Numbered from the stretch's first letter, positions 16,590-25,759 are shown. The stretch is 34,373 bases of DNA from Promethearchaeota archaeon (GCA_030603385.1 JAUVXW010000043.1:1-34373); one strand, 5' to 3'. A program made the numbers and translations. Notes: generated by a model not told the origin, from the sequence alone.

Positions 16590-17699
16590 TTAGGGCATCG
16601 TTTGCGATATTTCCGCTTTTCTTCTTATTTTTTTCCTGTAATCTTTGTAGTATAGTCGTTGATGTTTAGGATCCATTTTTTCAAATTCTTCTTTTGCTTT
16701 TTCGGGAGGAAAAACCAAAATTTCACCATTTTCTTTTTGAATAACACATCCAGAATTTTTTAAGATCTTATAATTTTTCACAGTCTCGACTTTATCTCCC
16801 CAACATAATATATTGCAGTTACCACATGTTAGTTGTACCTTTCCCATCCCCCCAAAAGAAGAAGGATTGTATCCTTTCGAATAATCCTGAATTTCTGGTC
16901 TTTTTTTCTGATGAGTCATAGCAAGAGACATAAGACGGTTAACTTCATAATTATCTTCAGGATAATCATATCGACCAGGAGACCACGTTGAAAATTGTCC
17001 TGACTTATGTAATCCCGCGCATCCTCCACATACAAGCACGCATCTTAATTTATTTATCCTTTTTGAATACGAGAAAGTATATCCTCCGAGGGTTACTAGT
17101 GTTTCTTCTTTATCAGAGAACATTTGAAAATCACATACTCTTGTACAGAGTTTACACTCATCACAAAAAGATTCTTCTGGAGGAAGTGGATCGGTTGGCT
17201 CTAACTTAGCAGATGTAACTATACCTCCTAGAATAATCGGTGTTCCAATACCTTTTATTCCAATACTACCATTCCATCCAAAAGATCCAACACCCGAACG
17301 GGCTGCAAGATATCTTAATGATAATTCAGGGGGCAATGATGCTTGCCACCCAGGAACATCTTCTCTATATTTATTATTTGGAATTACGCTCATTGCTTTA
17401 TATCCCTTTTGTCTTAAAAAATCTCGCACATCTTTAGCTATTTCCCAAGCTCTTATATTCTTATTGATATTATCATCCTCGTGATCGGCGCGTCCATTTG
17501 GTAGTTCTTTTGCTAGAAATGGACGAATTAAATCTTTATTTAAAGGTATCGCAAAACCAATCGCAGACTGTGCTTCTGGCAATAAATAAGTAATATCTGC
17601 ACCTGGGGGACCTCCTGCCATAGTCTCAAGGGTCGCAAATCCTACTCTAAGAGCACCACGCTCTTTTAAGATTATCTCTATTTCATCATTTAAAGTAAT
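16590..17699 (-). CDS. Epoxyqueuosine reductase / reductive dehalogenase superfamily Fe-S (probably cobalamin) protein; start extended 26 codons
   Basis: LRYLAARSGVGSFG, CDECKLCTRVC, CVLVCGG and CGNCNILC. The upstream open frame adds ITLNDEIEIILKERGALRVGFATLET, the expected 'GA..VG.A' N-terminus. The candidate start is ATT 17699, 8 nt after AGGGTG. Confidence 0.8.
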   Translation of the reverse strand: MTLNDEIEIILKERGALRVGFATLETMAGGPPGADITYLLPEAQSAIGFAIPLNKDLIRPFLAKELPNGRADHEDDNINKNIRAWEIAKDVRDFLRQKGYKAMSVIPNNKYREDVPGWQASLPPELSLRYLAARSGVGSFGWNGSIGIKGIGTPIILGGIVTSAKLEPTDPLPPEESFCDECKLCTRVCDFQMFSDKEETLVTLGGYTFSYSKRINKLRCVLVCGGCAGLHKSGQFSTWSPGRYDYPEDNYEVNRLMSLAMTHQKKRPEIQDYSKGYNPSSFGGMGKVQLTCGNCNILCWGDKVETVKNYKILKNSGCVIQKENGEILVFPPEKAKEEFEKMDPKHQRLYYKDYRKKIRRKAEISQTMP

Positions 17700-17819
17700 A
17701 AATAGAACACCCTTAGTTTTGAAAATGTAGAAAAACTTTGAATTATTATAACATTAAATTAGTGCTTTATATATAAAAGATTTTAATTCATGAAAAACAT
17801 GAAACCGTAGAAAGAAATC

Positions 17820-19598
17820 ATGAGTAGAGATAAGGAAAAGAATAAAGAGTATAGGAAGTGGCTTTTTAAACACCTATACCAACAAAAGTACTTAGTGCTG
17901 CTAGTGCTTATTGGAATTTTTGTTGTGAGTTTTACCCTAACCTTAATTCCTTTAATAATTGGAGCTATTATTGATAATGTCCTTATAACTCGTGATTTAT
18001 CTAATTTATTGATAATGCTCATTATAGGACTTACGGTATCTCTAGTAAATTTCTCTCTAGACTATGGTGTGATGATGGTAGGGCACTTTCTTGGTTTAAA
18101 AATTGAACTAAATATGAGGCAAGAATTCTTTGATACAATTCAATCAAAACCGTTAAGTTTTCATGATAATGTTCGAACAGGTGATTTACTAGCATTAGCT
18201 ACAAATGACGTACGAGTAATTAACACAATGGTCGCCCATGGAAGTTTTTTTATTTATCCTTTTATGCAAATATTCATAACATTTTATCTATTGATTGAAT
18301 TCCTAGATTATCGCTTAGCTTTGTTCTGTATTCCCTTTATTATTTCCTATATCTATTTTGTTTTAGGTTATCGAAAAAATCTTTCTCCTTACATGGCTAA
18401 TCAAATGAGAATGTATTCAAATTTAGCTGTGGTAATTCAAGATTCAATCAGTGGTGCCAGCGTCGTCAGGAGTTTTACTGCTGAAGAGCTAGAACGAAAT
18501 AAATTTAGCAGTGGGGTTCTTGCTTTTAAAAATAATTGGATAGGGACATACAGAGTTCAATCAAAATATTATCCCCTACTTGTACTCCATATTGTGATTG
18601 GGGCTACATTTCTTATTAGCTGTATATTTGTTTATCAGAATACCCTTTCAATTGGAGATTTAGTTGCCATAAACATACTCTTAATAGCACTCATCGAACC
18701 TACTAGAACGATCCATTGGTCCACCAGGGATATGATGAGTGGATTTGCTGCTTGTTCGCGTTTATATAATTCACTCTCTAAAGGAAAAGAGGAGATCACT
18801 TTTGATAAAATTATCGAATGGCCACAAGAATTTAAAGGAAAAATTGAATTCAAAAATGTTACCTTTACTCATCAAAATGAGGGAAAAAATCATCGTCCTA
18901 CTCTTAGAAACTTGAATTTTACCATTGAACCCTTTCAAAGAGTTGCTCTCGTTGGTCCAACAGGAAGTGGAAAATCAACTCTTGCAAAGTTAATCTTATC
19001 TCTTTATGAACCACAAGAAGGGTCAATTTTAATGGATGGAGTAGATATTAGGAACTATCCTCTTGAAATATTAAGAAAACATATTGGTTATATTGAGCAA
19101 GAAATATATCTTTATCCGAGATCAATAAAAGATAACATCAAGTTTGGCAAACCGGAAGCATTAGAAGAAGAAATATTAGATGCGGCAAAATTAGCACAAG
19201 TTGATGAGTTTGTAAGGGAGTTTCCTAAAGGTTATGGGACCATTGTTGGAGAAAGAGGAACAAGGCTCTCTGGAGGAGAACGACAACGAGTTGCCATTGC
19301 TCGAGCTTTTTTAACAGACCCTGCTATTCTCATTCTTGATGATTCTGTTTCTGCTATTGATAGTGAAACAGAAGAGAAGATTGGACGTGCTATTGAAAAT
19401 ATCTTAAAAGAGAGAACTACAATAATTATTACTCACAGATTACATACGATACGAACTTCAGATAAGATAATCGTGCTCAAGCATGGAAAAATCGTAGCAG
19501 AGGGCAATCATAAAGATTTATTACAGAGTTCAGAGGATTATCGACGGATCTTTGGGAAAAAATTAACTCAACCAAAATTAAAAATTGAAGAAAAGTAA
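17820..19598 (+). CDS. Heterodimeric ABC exporter subunit A (TMD+NBD, degenerate Walker B)
   Basis: Hydrophobic TM domain, GPTGSGKST, LSGGERQR and LILDDSVSAID (Asp in place of the catalytic Glu). Confidence 0.92.
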   Translation: MSRDKEKNKEYRKWLFKHLYQQKYLVLLVLIGIFVVSFTLTLIPLIIGAIIDNVLITRDLSNLLIMLIIGLTVSLVNFSLDYGVMMVGHFLGLKIELNMRQEFFDTIQSKPLSFHDNVRTGDLLALATNDVRVINTMVAHGSFFIYPFMQIFITFYLLIEFLDYRLALFCIPFIISYIYFVLGYRKNLSPYMANQMRMYSNLAVVIQDSISGASVVRSFTAEELERNKFSSGVLAFKNNWIGTYRVQSKYYPLLVLHIVIGATFLISCIFVYQNTLSIGDLVAINILLIALIEPTRTIHWSTRDMMSGFAACSRLYNSLSKGKEEITFDKIIEWPQEFKGKIEFKNVTFTHQNEGKNHRPTLRNLNFTIEPFQRVALVGPTGSGKSTLAKLILSLYEPQEGSILMDGVDIRNYPLEILRKHIGYIEQEIYLYPRSIKDNIKFGKPEALEEEILDAAKLAQVDEFVREFPKGYGTIVGERGTRLSGGERQRVAIARAFLTDPAILILDDSVSAIDSETEEKIGRAIENILKERTTIIITHRLHTIRTSDKIIVLKHGKIVAEGNHKDLLQSSEDYRRIFGKKLTQPKLKIEEK

Positions 19599-19610
19599 GG
19601 ATAAAATAAA

Positions 19611-21440
19611 ATGGGACTCTATGCCGGATTGATGGCAGAAGAACATAAACGAAATTATTCTGATCGTGAATTATTTAGGAAATACATAAAGAGGATTATT
19701 CCATTTAAAAGGAGTGTTATCCGCATAGCACTTTTCATCCTAGTTTCGGCGGTTGCTGATATCCTTAATCCACTATTAATTGGATATGCTGTCGATGAAC
19801 TCAATAAGACTAATCCTAATCTTATATTAATTATCGGTGCTACAATACTTTTTATAATACTATATGGAATTATATGGCTTATGTTTTTCATGCAATATAG
19901 GGAAATTGCTAATTTTGGTCCTTTTTTTTCGGAAAGGCTCCGAATGGATATTTTTGATAAGTTACAAGAACAAGATATGAGTTTCTTCGATAAACATCAA
20001 ACCGGTGGATTAAATACTAGAGTTACAAATGATGTTTCTGATTTCGGAAATATTACTTTTTTAATTGTAGAAACTGTAGGCAATATTTTTCTAAGCGGAT
20101 TGACCCTTGGAATTCTTATCTGGTTAAACCTATCTCTTGCTCTTATTGCCTTGGTATCTGTTCCCATAATTTTATTGATCATGTTTTCACTTAGAAAGCT
20201 AGCAAGAGTAGTAAGTAGAGCTTATAGGAGGTCTTTAGAGAATGTTAACATTGCAATGGTTGAATTAATTGAAGGAATACATGTCTGTAAAAGCTACGGT
20301 CAAGAGTCTATAGTTTCTGAACAATTCAATGAAACAAACAAGAAATATTTTAAAAATGGGTTTAGATTAACAGCAGTTACGCATCTGTGGAGAAGACTCC
20401 TTGGTTTTGTTTCAACGGTTACATTTATAATTATAATGTATGTAGGTGGTCATTTTGTCTTCAGGGGGATAATGAGTCCTGGAAGAGTCTTTATCTTTTA
20501 TCTCTATCTTCCAAGATTTTACCGTCCTATTATGATACTTGCTACTTTTTTTCCTCAATTCAGTACTGGTATGGCTGCTTATGAGCGAATTCTTGATATT
20601 CTTGATGCAGAACCATATGTTAATCAAAACCCAAATGCTTTTGATGTCAATGAATTAGAAGGAGAGATTCATTTTGAGGATGTAGATTTCAGTTATAGAA
20701 GAGGTGAAAGGGTTTTTGAAGGATTAAATCTGAAAATAGAAAAGGGCGAAAAACTCGCAATAATTGGGCATACTGGTTCTGGAAAAACTTCAATAGTTTC
20801 ACTTCTCGCAAGATATTATGAATTTCAAGGTGGATCAATTAAGATTGATGGAATTGATATTAGGGATATGACATTAGAATCATATAGAAAGAACCTTGGT
20901 ATGGTTCCGCAGGATGTTTTTCTATTTTCAGGTACAATAGAAGAAAACATCCGATATGGTAGACAGGATGCTTCAGAAGAGGATTTATGGAAAGCTATTA
21001 GAGCTGTCCATGCAGAAGAACTGATCGAATATCTACCAGAAGGATTTCACACGCAAGTAGGGGAGAGAGGAAAAGGCGTTTCAGCAGGTCAAAGACAACT
21101 AATTAGCTTTGCTCGAGCACTCTTAACTGATCCAAAAATTCTAATTCTTGATGAGGCAACTTCGAGCGTAGATGCATATACAGAAGCGGTAATTCAAGAG
21201 GCTCTAGATGTTCTACTATCCAATCGAACTTCTATTATAATCGCACATAGGTTATCAACTGTTGTTAATGCTGATCGAATATTAGTAATGGATCACGGAC
21301 AAATCATTGAAGAAGGTGATCATAAGTCTTTACTTGCTAAAGGTGGAAAATACGCTCAATTGTACAAGCAGTATTTTGAACATCAAAGTTTAGACTGGTA
21401 TCCTACTTATACAGCTTCAAAAGTCCAGGACTCTAAATAA
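19611..21440 (+). CDS. Heterodimeric ABC exporter subunit B (TMD+NBD)
   Basis: GHTGSGKTS, degenerate signature VSAGQ, canonical LILDEATSSVD and AHR. Starts 12 bp after subunit A; MdlA/MdlB or TM287/288-like pair. Confidence 0.92.
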   Translation: MGLYAGLMAEEHKRNYSDRELFRKYIKRIIPFKRSVIRIALFILVSAVADILNPLLIGYAVDELNKTNPNLILIIGATILFIILYGIIWLMFFMQYREIANFGPFFSERLRMDIFDKLQEQDMSFFDKHQTGGLNTRVTNDVSDFGNITFLIVETVGNIFLSGLTLGILIWLNLSLALIALVSVPIILLIMFSLRKLARVVSRAYRRSLENVNIAMVELIEGIHVCKSYGQESIVSEQFNETNKKYFKNGFRLTAVTHLWRRLLGFVSTVTFIIIMYVGGHFVFRGIMSPGRVFIFYLYLPRFYRPIMILATFFPQFSTGMAAYERILDILDAEPYVNQNPNAFDVNELEGEIHFEDVDFSYRRGERVFEGLNLKIEKGEKLAIIGHTGSGKTSIVSLLARYYEFQGGSIKIDGIDIRDMTLESYRKNLGMVPQDVFLFSGTIEENIRYGRQDASEEDLWKAIRAVHAEELIEYLPEGFHTQVGERGKGVSAGQRQLISFARALLTDPKILILDEATSSVDAYTEAVIQEALDVLLSNRTSIIIAHRLSTVVNADRILVMDHGQIIEEGDHKSLLAKGGKYAQLYKQYFEHQSLDWYPTYTASKVQDSK

Positions 21441-21488
21441 TAATTCTACTTATATTACTTTATGAAAACAATTTTATTGAAAAACATA

Positions 21489-21515
21489 TTATTTCTAACT
21501 TAGTTATAGAAATAA
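21489..21515. promoter_or_regulatory. Inverted repeat TTATTTCTA-N9-TAGAAATAA upstream of hypD
   Basis: Perfect 9-bp arms in the 103-bp intergenic region. Confidence 0.4.
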
Positions 21516-21543
21516 GGAAAAATGGGTTTGATTATATCTATCT

Positions 21544-23916
21544 TTGGTAAAAAGAATGAATGAACGAATAAAAAAACTACGGACTCAAAGTCGTGAGGCA
21601 ATCCCTTATCTTTCTTTGGAACGAGCATTATTAATAACGGAATTCTATAAAACTGGTGCTGCACATAAATTTTTCGCTCCAGTTGCTAGAGCAAAAGCAT
21701 TCAAATATATCCTAGAAAATAAAAAAATCTGTATAAATGAAGGTGAGTTAATTGTTGGAGAACGTGGTCCAGAACCAAAAGCAACTCCAACTTACCCTGA
21801 AGTATGCTGTCACAGCCTACAAGATTTAGAAATTTTAGACACTCGAGATAAAATATCATTTAAAGTATCAGAGGAGACAAGAAAAAAAACTAAGGAAACA
21901 CTTATTCCATATTGGAAAGGTAGGTCAATTCGAGATAAAGTCTTTTCTCAAATGAATCAAAATTGGCTGGATTCTTATGAAGCGGGTATTTTTACTGAAT
22001 TTATGGAACAGAGAGCCCCAGGGCATACGGCTGGAGGTAAAAATATCTGGAGAAAAGGATTTTTAGATTTTAAACATGAAATAAAAGAAAGTATTGAAAG
22101 TTTAGATTTTTATAATGATCCTAAAGCATTCAACAAAAGAGAGCAGCTTAAGGCAATGGATATAGCAGCAGACGCGATACTATCATTCGCTAAGCGACAT
22201 TCCCAAGAGGTTCTTCGATTAGCTGGAATTGAATCCGATCCAGTAAGAAAAGAAGAACTTAAAAAAATAGCAGTAATATGTTCTAATATTCCCGCAAAGG
22301 CGCCTAAAACTTTTTGGGAAGCACTACAACATTATTGGTTCATTCATTTAGGTGTTATCACTGAATTTAATACTTGGGATGCCTTCAATCCAGGTCGTCT
22401 TGATCAGCATCTTTTTCCTTTTTATAAAAATGATTTAACTAAAGGCATATTATCTAAAGAAAAAGCAATAGAGCTCCTACAAGCTTTTTGGGTAAAATTT
22501 AATAATCAACCTGCGCCTCCAAAAGTGGGTGTTACAGCTGAAGAAAGTAACACTTATACTGATTTTTGCAATATCAATCTTGGTGGTTTAAAAGAAGATG
22601 GATCTGATGGTGTGAATGAACTCTCGTATATGCTCTTGGACGTAATTGAAGAAATGCGAATATTACAACCCAGTAGCAATGTGCAGATCAGTAGAAAAAC
22701 GCCTGATGAATTCTTAAAACGCGCGATTAATATCATTAAGACTGGTTTTGGTCAACCCTCGGTTTTCAATACTGATGCAATCGTTCAAGAATTGATTCGT
22801 CAAAATAAATCTAAAATTGATGCTTATAATAGTGGGGCAAGTGGTTGTGTTGAATCAGGTGCTTTTGGAAAAGAAGCTTACATTCTTACTGGATATTTTA
22901 ATTTAGTAAAGATTCTTGAAATCACACTTCATAATGGTTTTGATCCATTAACCAGAAAAACTATCGGTTTAAAAACAGGAGATCCTACTAACTTTGGATC
23001 TTTTGATGAATTGATTGAAGCATATGAAGAACAGATTAAACATTTTGTAGATATTAAAATTAAAGGAAATCAAATAATTGAGCGTATTTGGGCTCAAAAT
23101 CCAGCCCCCTTTTTATCAATTCTAATCGAAAATTGTATTCAGAAAGGGAAAGATTACAATGATGGAGGTGCAAAATATAATACATCCTATATACAAATTG
23201 TAGGAATGGGAAGTATTACTGATTGCTTAGCATCTCTAAAGTATAATGTATTTGATAAGAATATTGTATCAATGAAGGAATTATTGGAAATTTTAGAAAA
23301 TAATTTTCAAGAACATGAAATCATACGACAGAAATTTATTAATAAAACACCTAAATATGGAAATGATGATGATTACGCGGATTCCATAACTCAGAGAATT
23401 TTTGAAATCGTTTTTAATGCTATAGATAACCGTCCAAATACTAGAGGTGGGGTGCATCGTATCAACTTACTTCCTACAACTGTTCACGTATATTTTGGAA
23501 AAGTTACCGGGGCTATGCCAGATGGACGTAAAGCATTCATACCATTATCAGAGGGAATTTCACCTGTTCAGGGAATGGATATCAAAGGGCCCACTTCAGT
23601 AATTAAATCTGCCAGTAAAATAGATCACCTGCGAACTGGAGGAACTTTACTAAATCAAAAATTCACGCCTCAATTATTCGCAAATGAATCTGGAATTACT
23701 AAGTTGGCCCATTTAATAAGAGCTTATTTTAAGATGGATGGACACCATATGCAATTCAATGTAGTTTCAGCAGATACTTTAAAAGCTGCTCAAAAAAATC
23801 CAGAAGAATATAGAAACCTTATCGTACGAGTAGCAGGTTATAGTGATTATTTTAACAACTTAGGATCTGATTTACAGGATGAGATAATTAGTAGAACTGA
23901 GCATACATTAATCTAA
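21544..23916 (+). CDS. hypD: Glycyl radical enzyme, trans-4-hydroxy-L-proline dehydratase
   Basis: RVAGYS glycyl loop and SGCVE Cys loop. HypD-specific segments FTEFMEQRAPGHT, WDAFNPGRLDQHL, QPAPPKVGVTAEESNTYTDF and LPTTVH carry the His, Asp, Ser, Asp, Phe and Thr active-site residues known for C. difficile HypD. Start may be ATG 21556. Confidence 0.88.
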   Translation: MVKRMNERIKKLRTQSREAIPYLSLERALLITEFYKTGAAHKFFAPVARAKAFKYILENKKICINEGELIVGERGPEPKATPTYPEVCCHSLQDLEILDTRDKISFKVSEETRKKTKETLIPYWKGRSIRDKVFSQMNQNWLDSYEAGIFTEFMEQRAPGHTAGGKNIWRKGFLDFKHEIKESIESLDFYNDPKAFNKREQLKAMDIAADAILSFAKRHSQEVLRLAGIESDPVRKEELKKIAVICSNIPAKAPKTFWEALQHYWFIHLGVITEFNTWDAFNPGRLDQHLFPFYKNDLTKGILSKEKAIELLQAFWVKFNNQPAPPKVGVTAEESNTYTDFCNINLGGLKEDGSDGVNELSYMLLDVIEEMRILQPSSNVQISRKTPDEFLKRAINIIKTGFGQPSVFNTDAIVQELIRQNKSKIDAYNSGASGCVESGAFGKEAYILTGYFNLVKILEITLHNGFDPLTRKTIGLKTGDPTNFGSFDELIEAYEEQIKHFVDIKIKGNQIIERIWAQNPAPFLSILIENCIQKGKDYNDGGAKYNTSYIQIVGMGSITDCLASLKYNVFDKNIVSMKELLEILENNFQEHEIIRQKFINKTPKYGNDDDYADSITQRIFEIVFNAIDNRPNTRGGVHRINLLPTTVHVYFGKVTGAMPDGRKAFIPLSEGISPVQGMDIKGPTSVIKSASKIDHLRTGGTLLNQKFTPQLFANESGITKLAHLIRAYFKMDGHHMQFNVVSADTLKAAQKNPEEYRNLIVRVAGYSDYFNNLGSDLQDEIISRTEHTLI

Positions 23917-23996
23917 TCCTCACTTTTAAAATTTGACATAATCTTCGAGATGAATTTTAAAAAGTTGTATTGATGGTTTTTTCGCTAATTTCATCT

Positions 23997-24067
23997 TATG
24001 TACATATTCGGTACATATATTTAAATATAATAATTCATATATTGATTATGTACTTAATCGGTACATA
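23997..24067 (+). promoter_or_regulatory. Promoter with twin operators TATGTAC-N7-GTACATA (23997-24017 and 24047-24067) flanking TATA box TTTAAATA (24020-24027)
   Basis: Two palindromes with perfect arms, exactly 50 bp apart, with related spacers (ATATTCG, TTAATCG). One covers the BRE position and the other the expected start site. Confidence 0.8.
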
Positions 24068-24089
24068 GAAAAATTTAAAGCTGAAAAAA

Positions 24090-24233
24090 ATGACTCAGAT
24101 GTTATTAAAAAAGCCAGAACAAGAAGAAATTGATGAAATCATAGGCTTTTTTATTAAAAGATCTAAGGAAAGACTAAAAAATTTGTTGTTAGAAGCAATT
24201 GAGGGATCTAGATTTAATAGAATTTTTAATTGA
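24090..24233 (+). CDS. Unannotated 47-aa small protein
   Basis: MTQMLLKKPEQEEIDEIIGFFIKRSKERLKNLLLEAIEGSRFNRIFN*. First ORF after the twin-operator promoter, with an amphipathic helical pattern. Below the ORF-track cutoff. Confidence 0.6.
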   Translation: MTQMLLKKPEQEEIDEIIGFFIKRSKERLKNLLLEAIEGSRFNRIFN

Positions 24234-24304
24234 AGAATTGAAAATATTAAATTAGTGTTAAATATGAAAAGAGAATTTAAAATTATGATTAGGGAGGAAG
24301 AAAC

Positions 24305-25558
24305 ATGAATGAAAAAAGCGATTTAAAACCAGAAGAAGCCGAAATATTAAGAGAATTAGAAGAATTTATAAGGAAGCCTATTCCTCGAGTAGAAGACATA
24401 GGGGATTCGACCTTTGGGGTTAAAATAGATGGCGATCATATAACAGTTCTAAAGTTGGATGGTAAAGTATTACGAAGACTAGGCGTAAAAAAATTAAAGA
24501 CACTACCAGAGTCGATTGGAAACCTCACTTCACTTAGTTTACTTTATTTACCTTATAATAATCTAATAACTATCCCTGAGTCGATTGGAAATCTCACATC
24601 GCTTAAATATCTTAATTTTAGATCAAATAGATTAGAGACAATTCCAGAATCAATAGGAAATTTAAAATTTCTTAGAATACTTCTTTTAGAAGATAATCCA
24701 TTAATGAGTATCCCCGAGTCAATCGGAAATTTATCATCCCTTAAGGAACTATATTTGAATAGAACTAAGCTAACGACGCTCCCAGAATCAATAGGTAATC
24801 TTTCCTCATTAGAACAACTATGGTCAGGATTTAATAGATTAGATTCAATTCCAGAAACAATAGGGCATTTAAAATCTCTCAAAATACTTTATTTAATGGA
24901 GAACAATCTAACATCTATCCCTGAGTCGATTGGAAATTTACCTTCTCTTAAAGTACTTTATTTAGGTCGTAATGATCTCACAACTCTTCCTGAGTCATTC
25001 AAAAATTTAACATCCTTAAAATCTCTCTTTCTGTGGGGAAACAAAATAAAGGAACTCCCGAAGTCAGTAATTAAACTTAAATCACTCGAAACGCTACGGT
25101 GGGACGATTCTAAAGAACTAATTACATATAAAGCTTCAGCTGAAGCTACCTCTTTTCGATCTAGTATAATGAGCGAGCTTAAAAATGCTATACCATCACT
25201 TAAAAATGGTAGCCTTCTAGAAAAACCTAATGAGGAAGAAATAGAAGCGAGAGAAACTGAAAGACTCAAACGTATCGAAGAGTTAATAGAAGTAGAAAAA
25301 GTTTTAAAGAAGAATCAACAGGTAAAATTTTTGGTAAGCATCGCTGAATTAGGAGATATTAAAAGATATGCTCAAATTTCTCGTCAAACGCAATCTGAGT
25401 TTATTCGCGCTGCAATAAGGGATAAAATAAAATTATTAGAAGCTCAATTAAAAAATGAGAGTTTAGAAAAGAATAAGAATATACACGAAGACAAGTTAAG
25501 TTTAGAAGAATTGAAAAAGATTCGAAATGCATTAGAAAGATTAGAAAAGAAAGAGTAA
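24305..25558 (+). CDS. Leucine-rich-repeat protein fused to a C-terminal ribbon-helix-helix domain and coiled coil
   Basis: GGAGG SD and nine 23-aa LRRs. QVKFLVSIAELGDIKRYAQISRQTQSEFIRAAIRDKI fits the CopG/Arc/MetJ RHH strand-helix-helix pattern. No signal peptide or TM. Confidence 0.85.
   Translation: MNEKSDLKPEEAEILRELEEFIRKPIPRVEDIGDSTFGVKIDGDHITVLKLDGKVLRRLGVKKLKTLPESIGNLTSLSLLYLPYNNLITIPESIGNLTSLKYLNFRSNRLETIPESIGNLKFLRILLLEDNPLMSIPESIGNLSSLKELYLNRTKLTTLPESIGNLSSLEQLWSGFNRLDSIPETIGHLKSLKILYLMENNLTSIPESIGNLPSLKVLYLGRNDLTTLPESFKNLTSLKSLFLWGNKIKELPKSVIKLKSLETLRWDDSKELITYKASAEATSFRSSIMSELKNAIPSLKNGSLLEKPNEEEIEARETERLKRIEELIEVEKVLKKNQQVKFLVSIAELGDIKRYAQISRQTQSEFIRAAIRDKIKLLEAQLKNESLEKNKNIHEDKLSLEELKKIRNALERLEKKE
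24494..25110 (+). repeat. 69-bp-period coding repeat (9 LRR units, LxxI/LPESIGNLxSL)
   Basis: CC(A/T/C)GA(G/A)TC(G/A)AT.GG.AA recurs every 69 bp, in frame. Confidence 0.9.
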
Positions 25559-25759
25559 TTGTGAGAGAATAGTACTCATTCTGTTTTTGTTTAACAAATT
25601 TATTTCTTGTACTATTGTGAAAAGTTCGAGATGCTTGATGTAAACTTTTACAATTAATAAGATATAAATTATGAAAGTTTTATAATGGAAATGTGAATTT
25701 AGAAAGAATTATACTTCTCATTATAAATTTAAAACATAACCACAACCTTAATTATAAAG

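Noticed and set aside
24494-25110. Regularly spaced DNA repeats resembling a CRISPR array
   Set aside because: The period is 69 bp (23 codons), in frame, with third-position variation, so these are LRR coding repeats. No cas genes are present.
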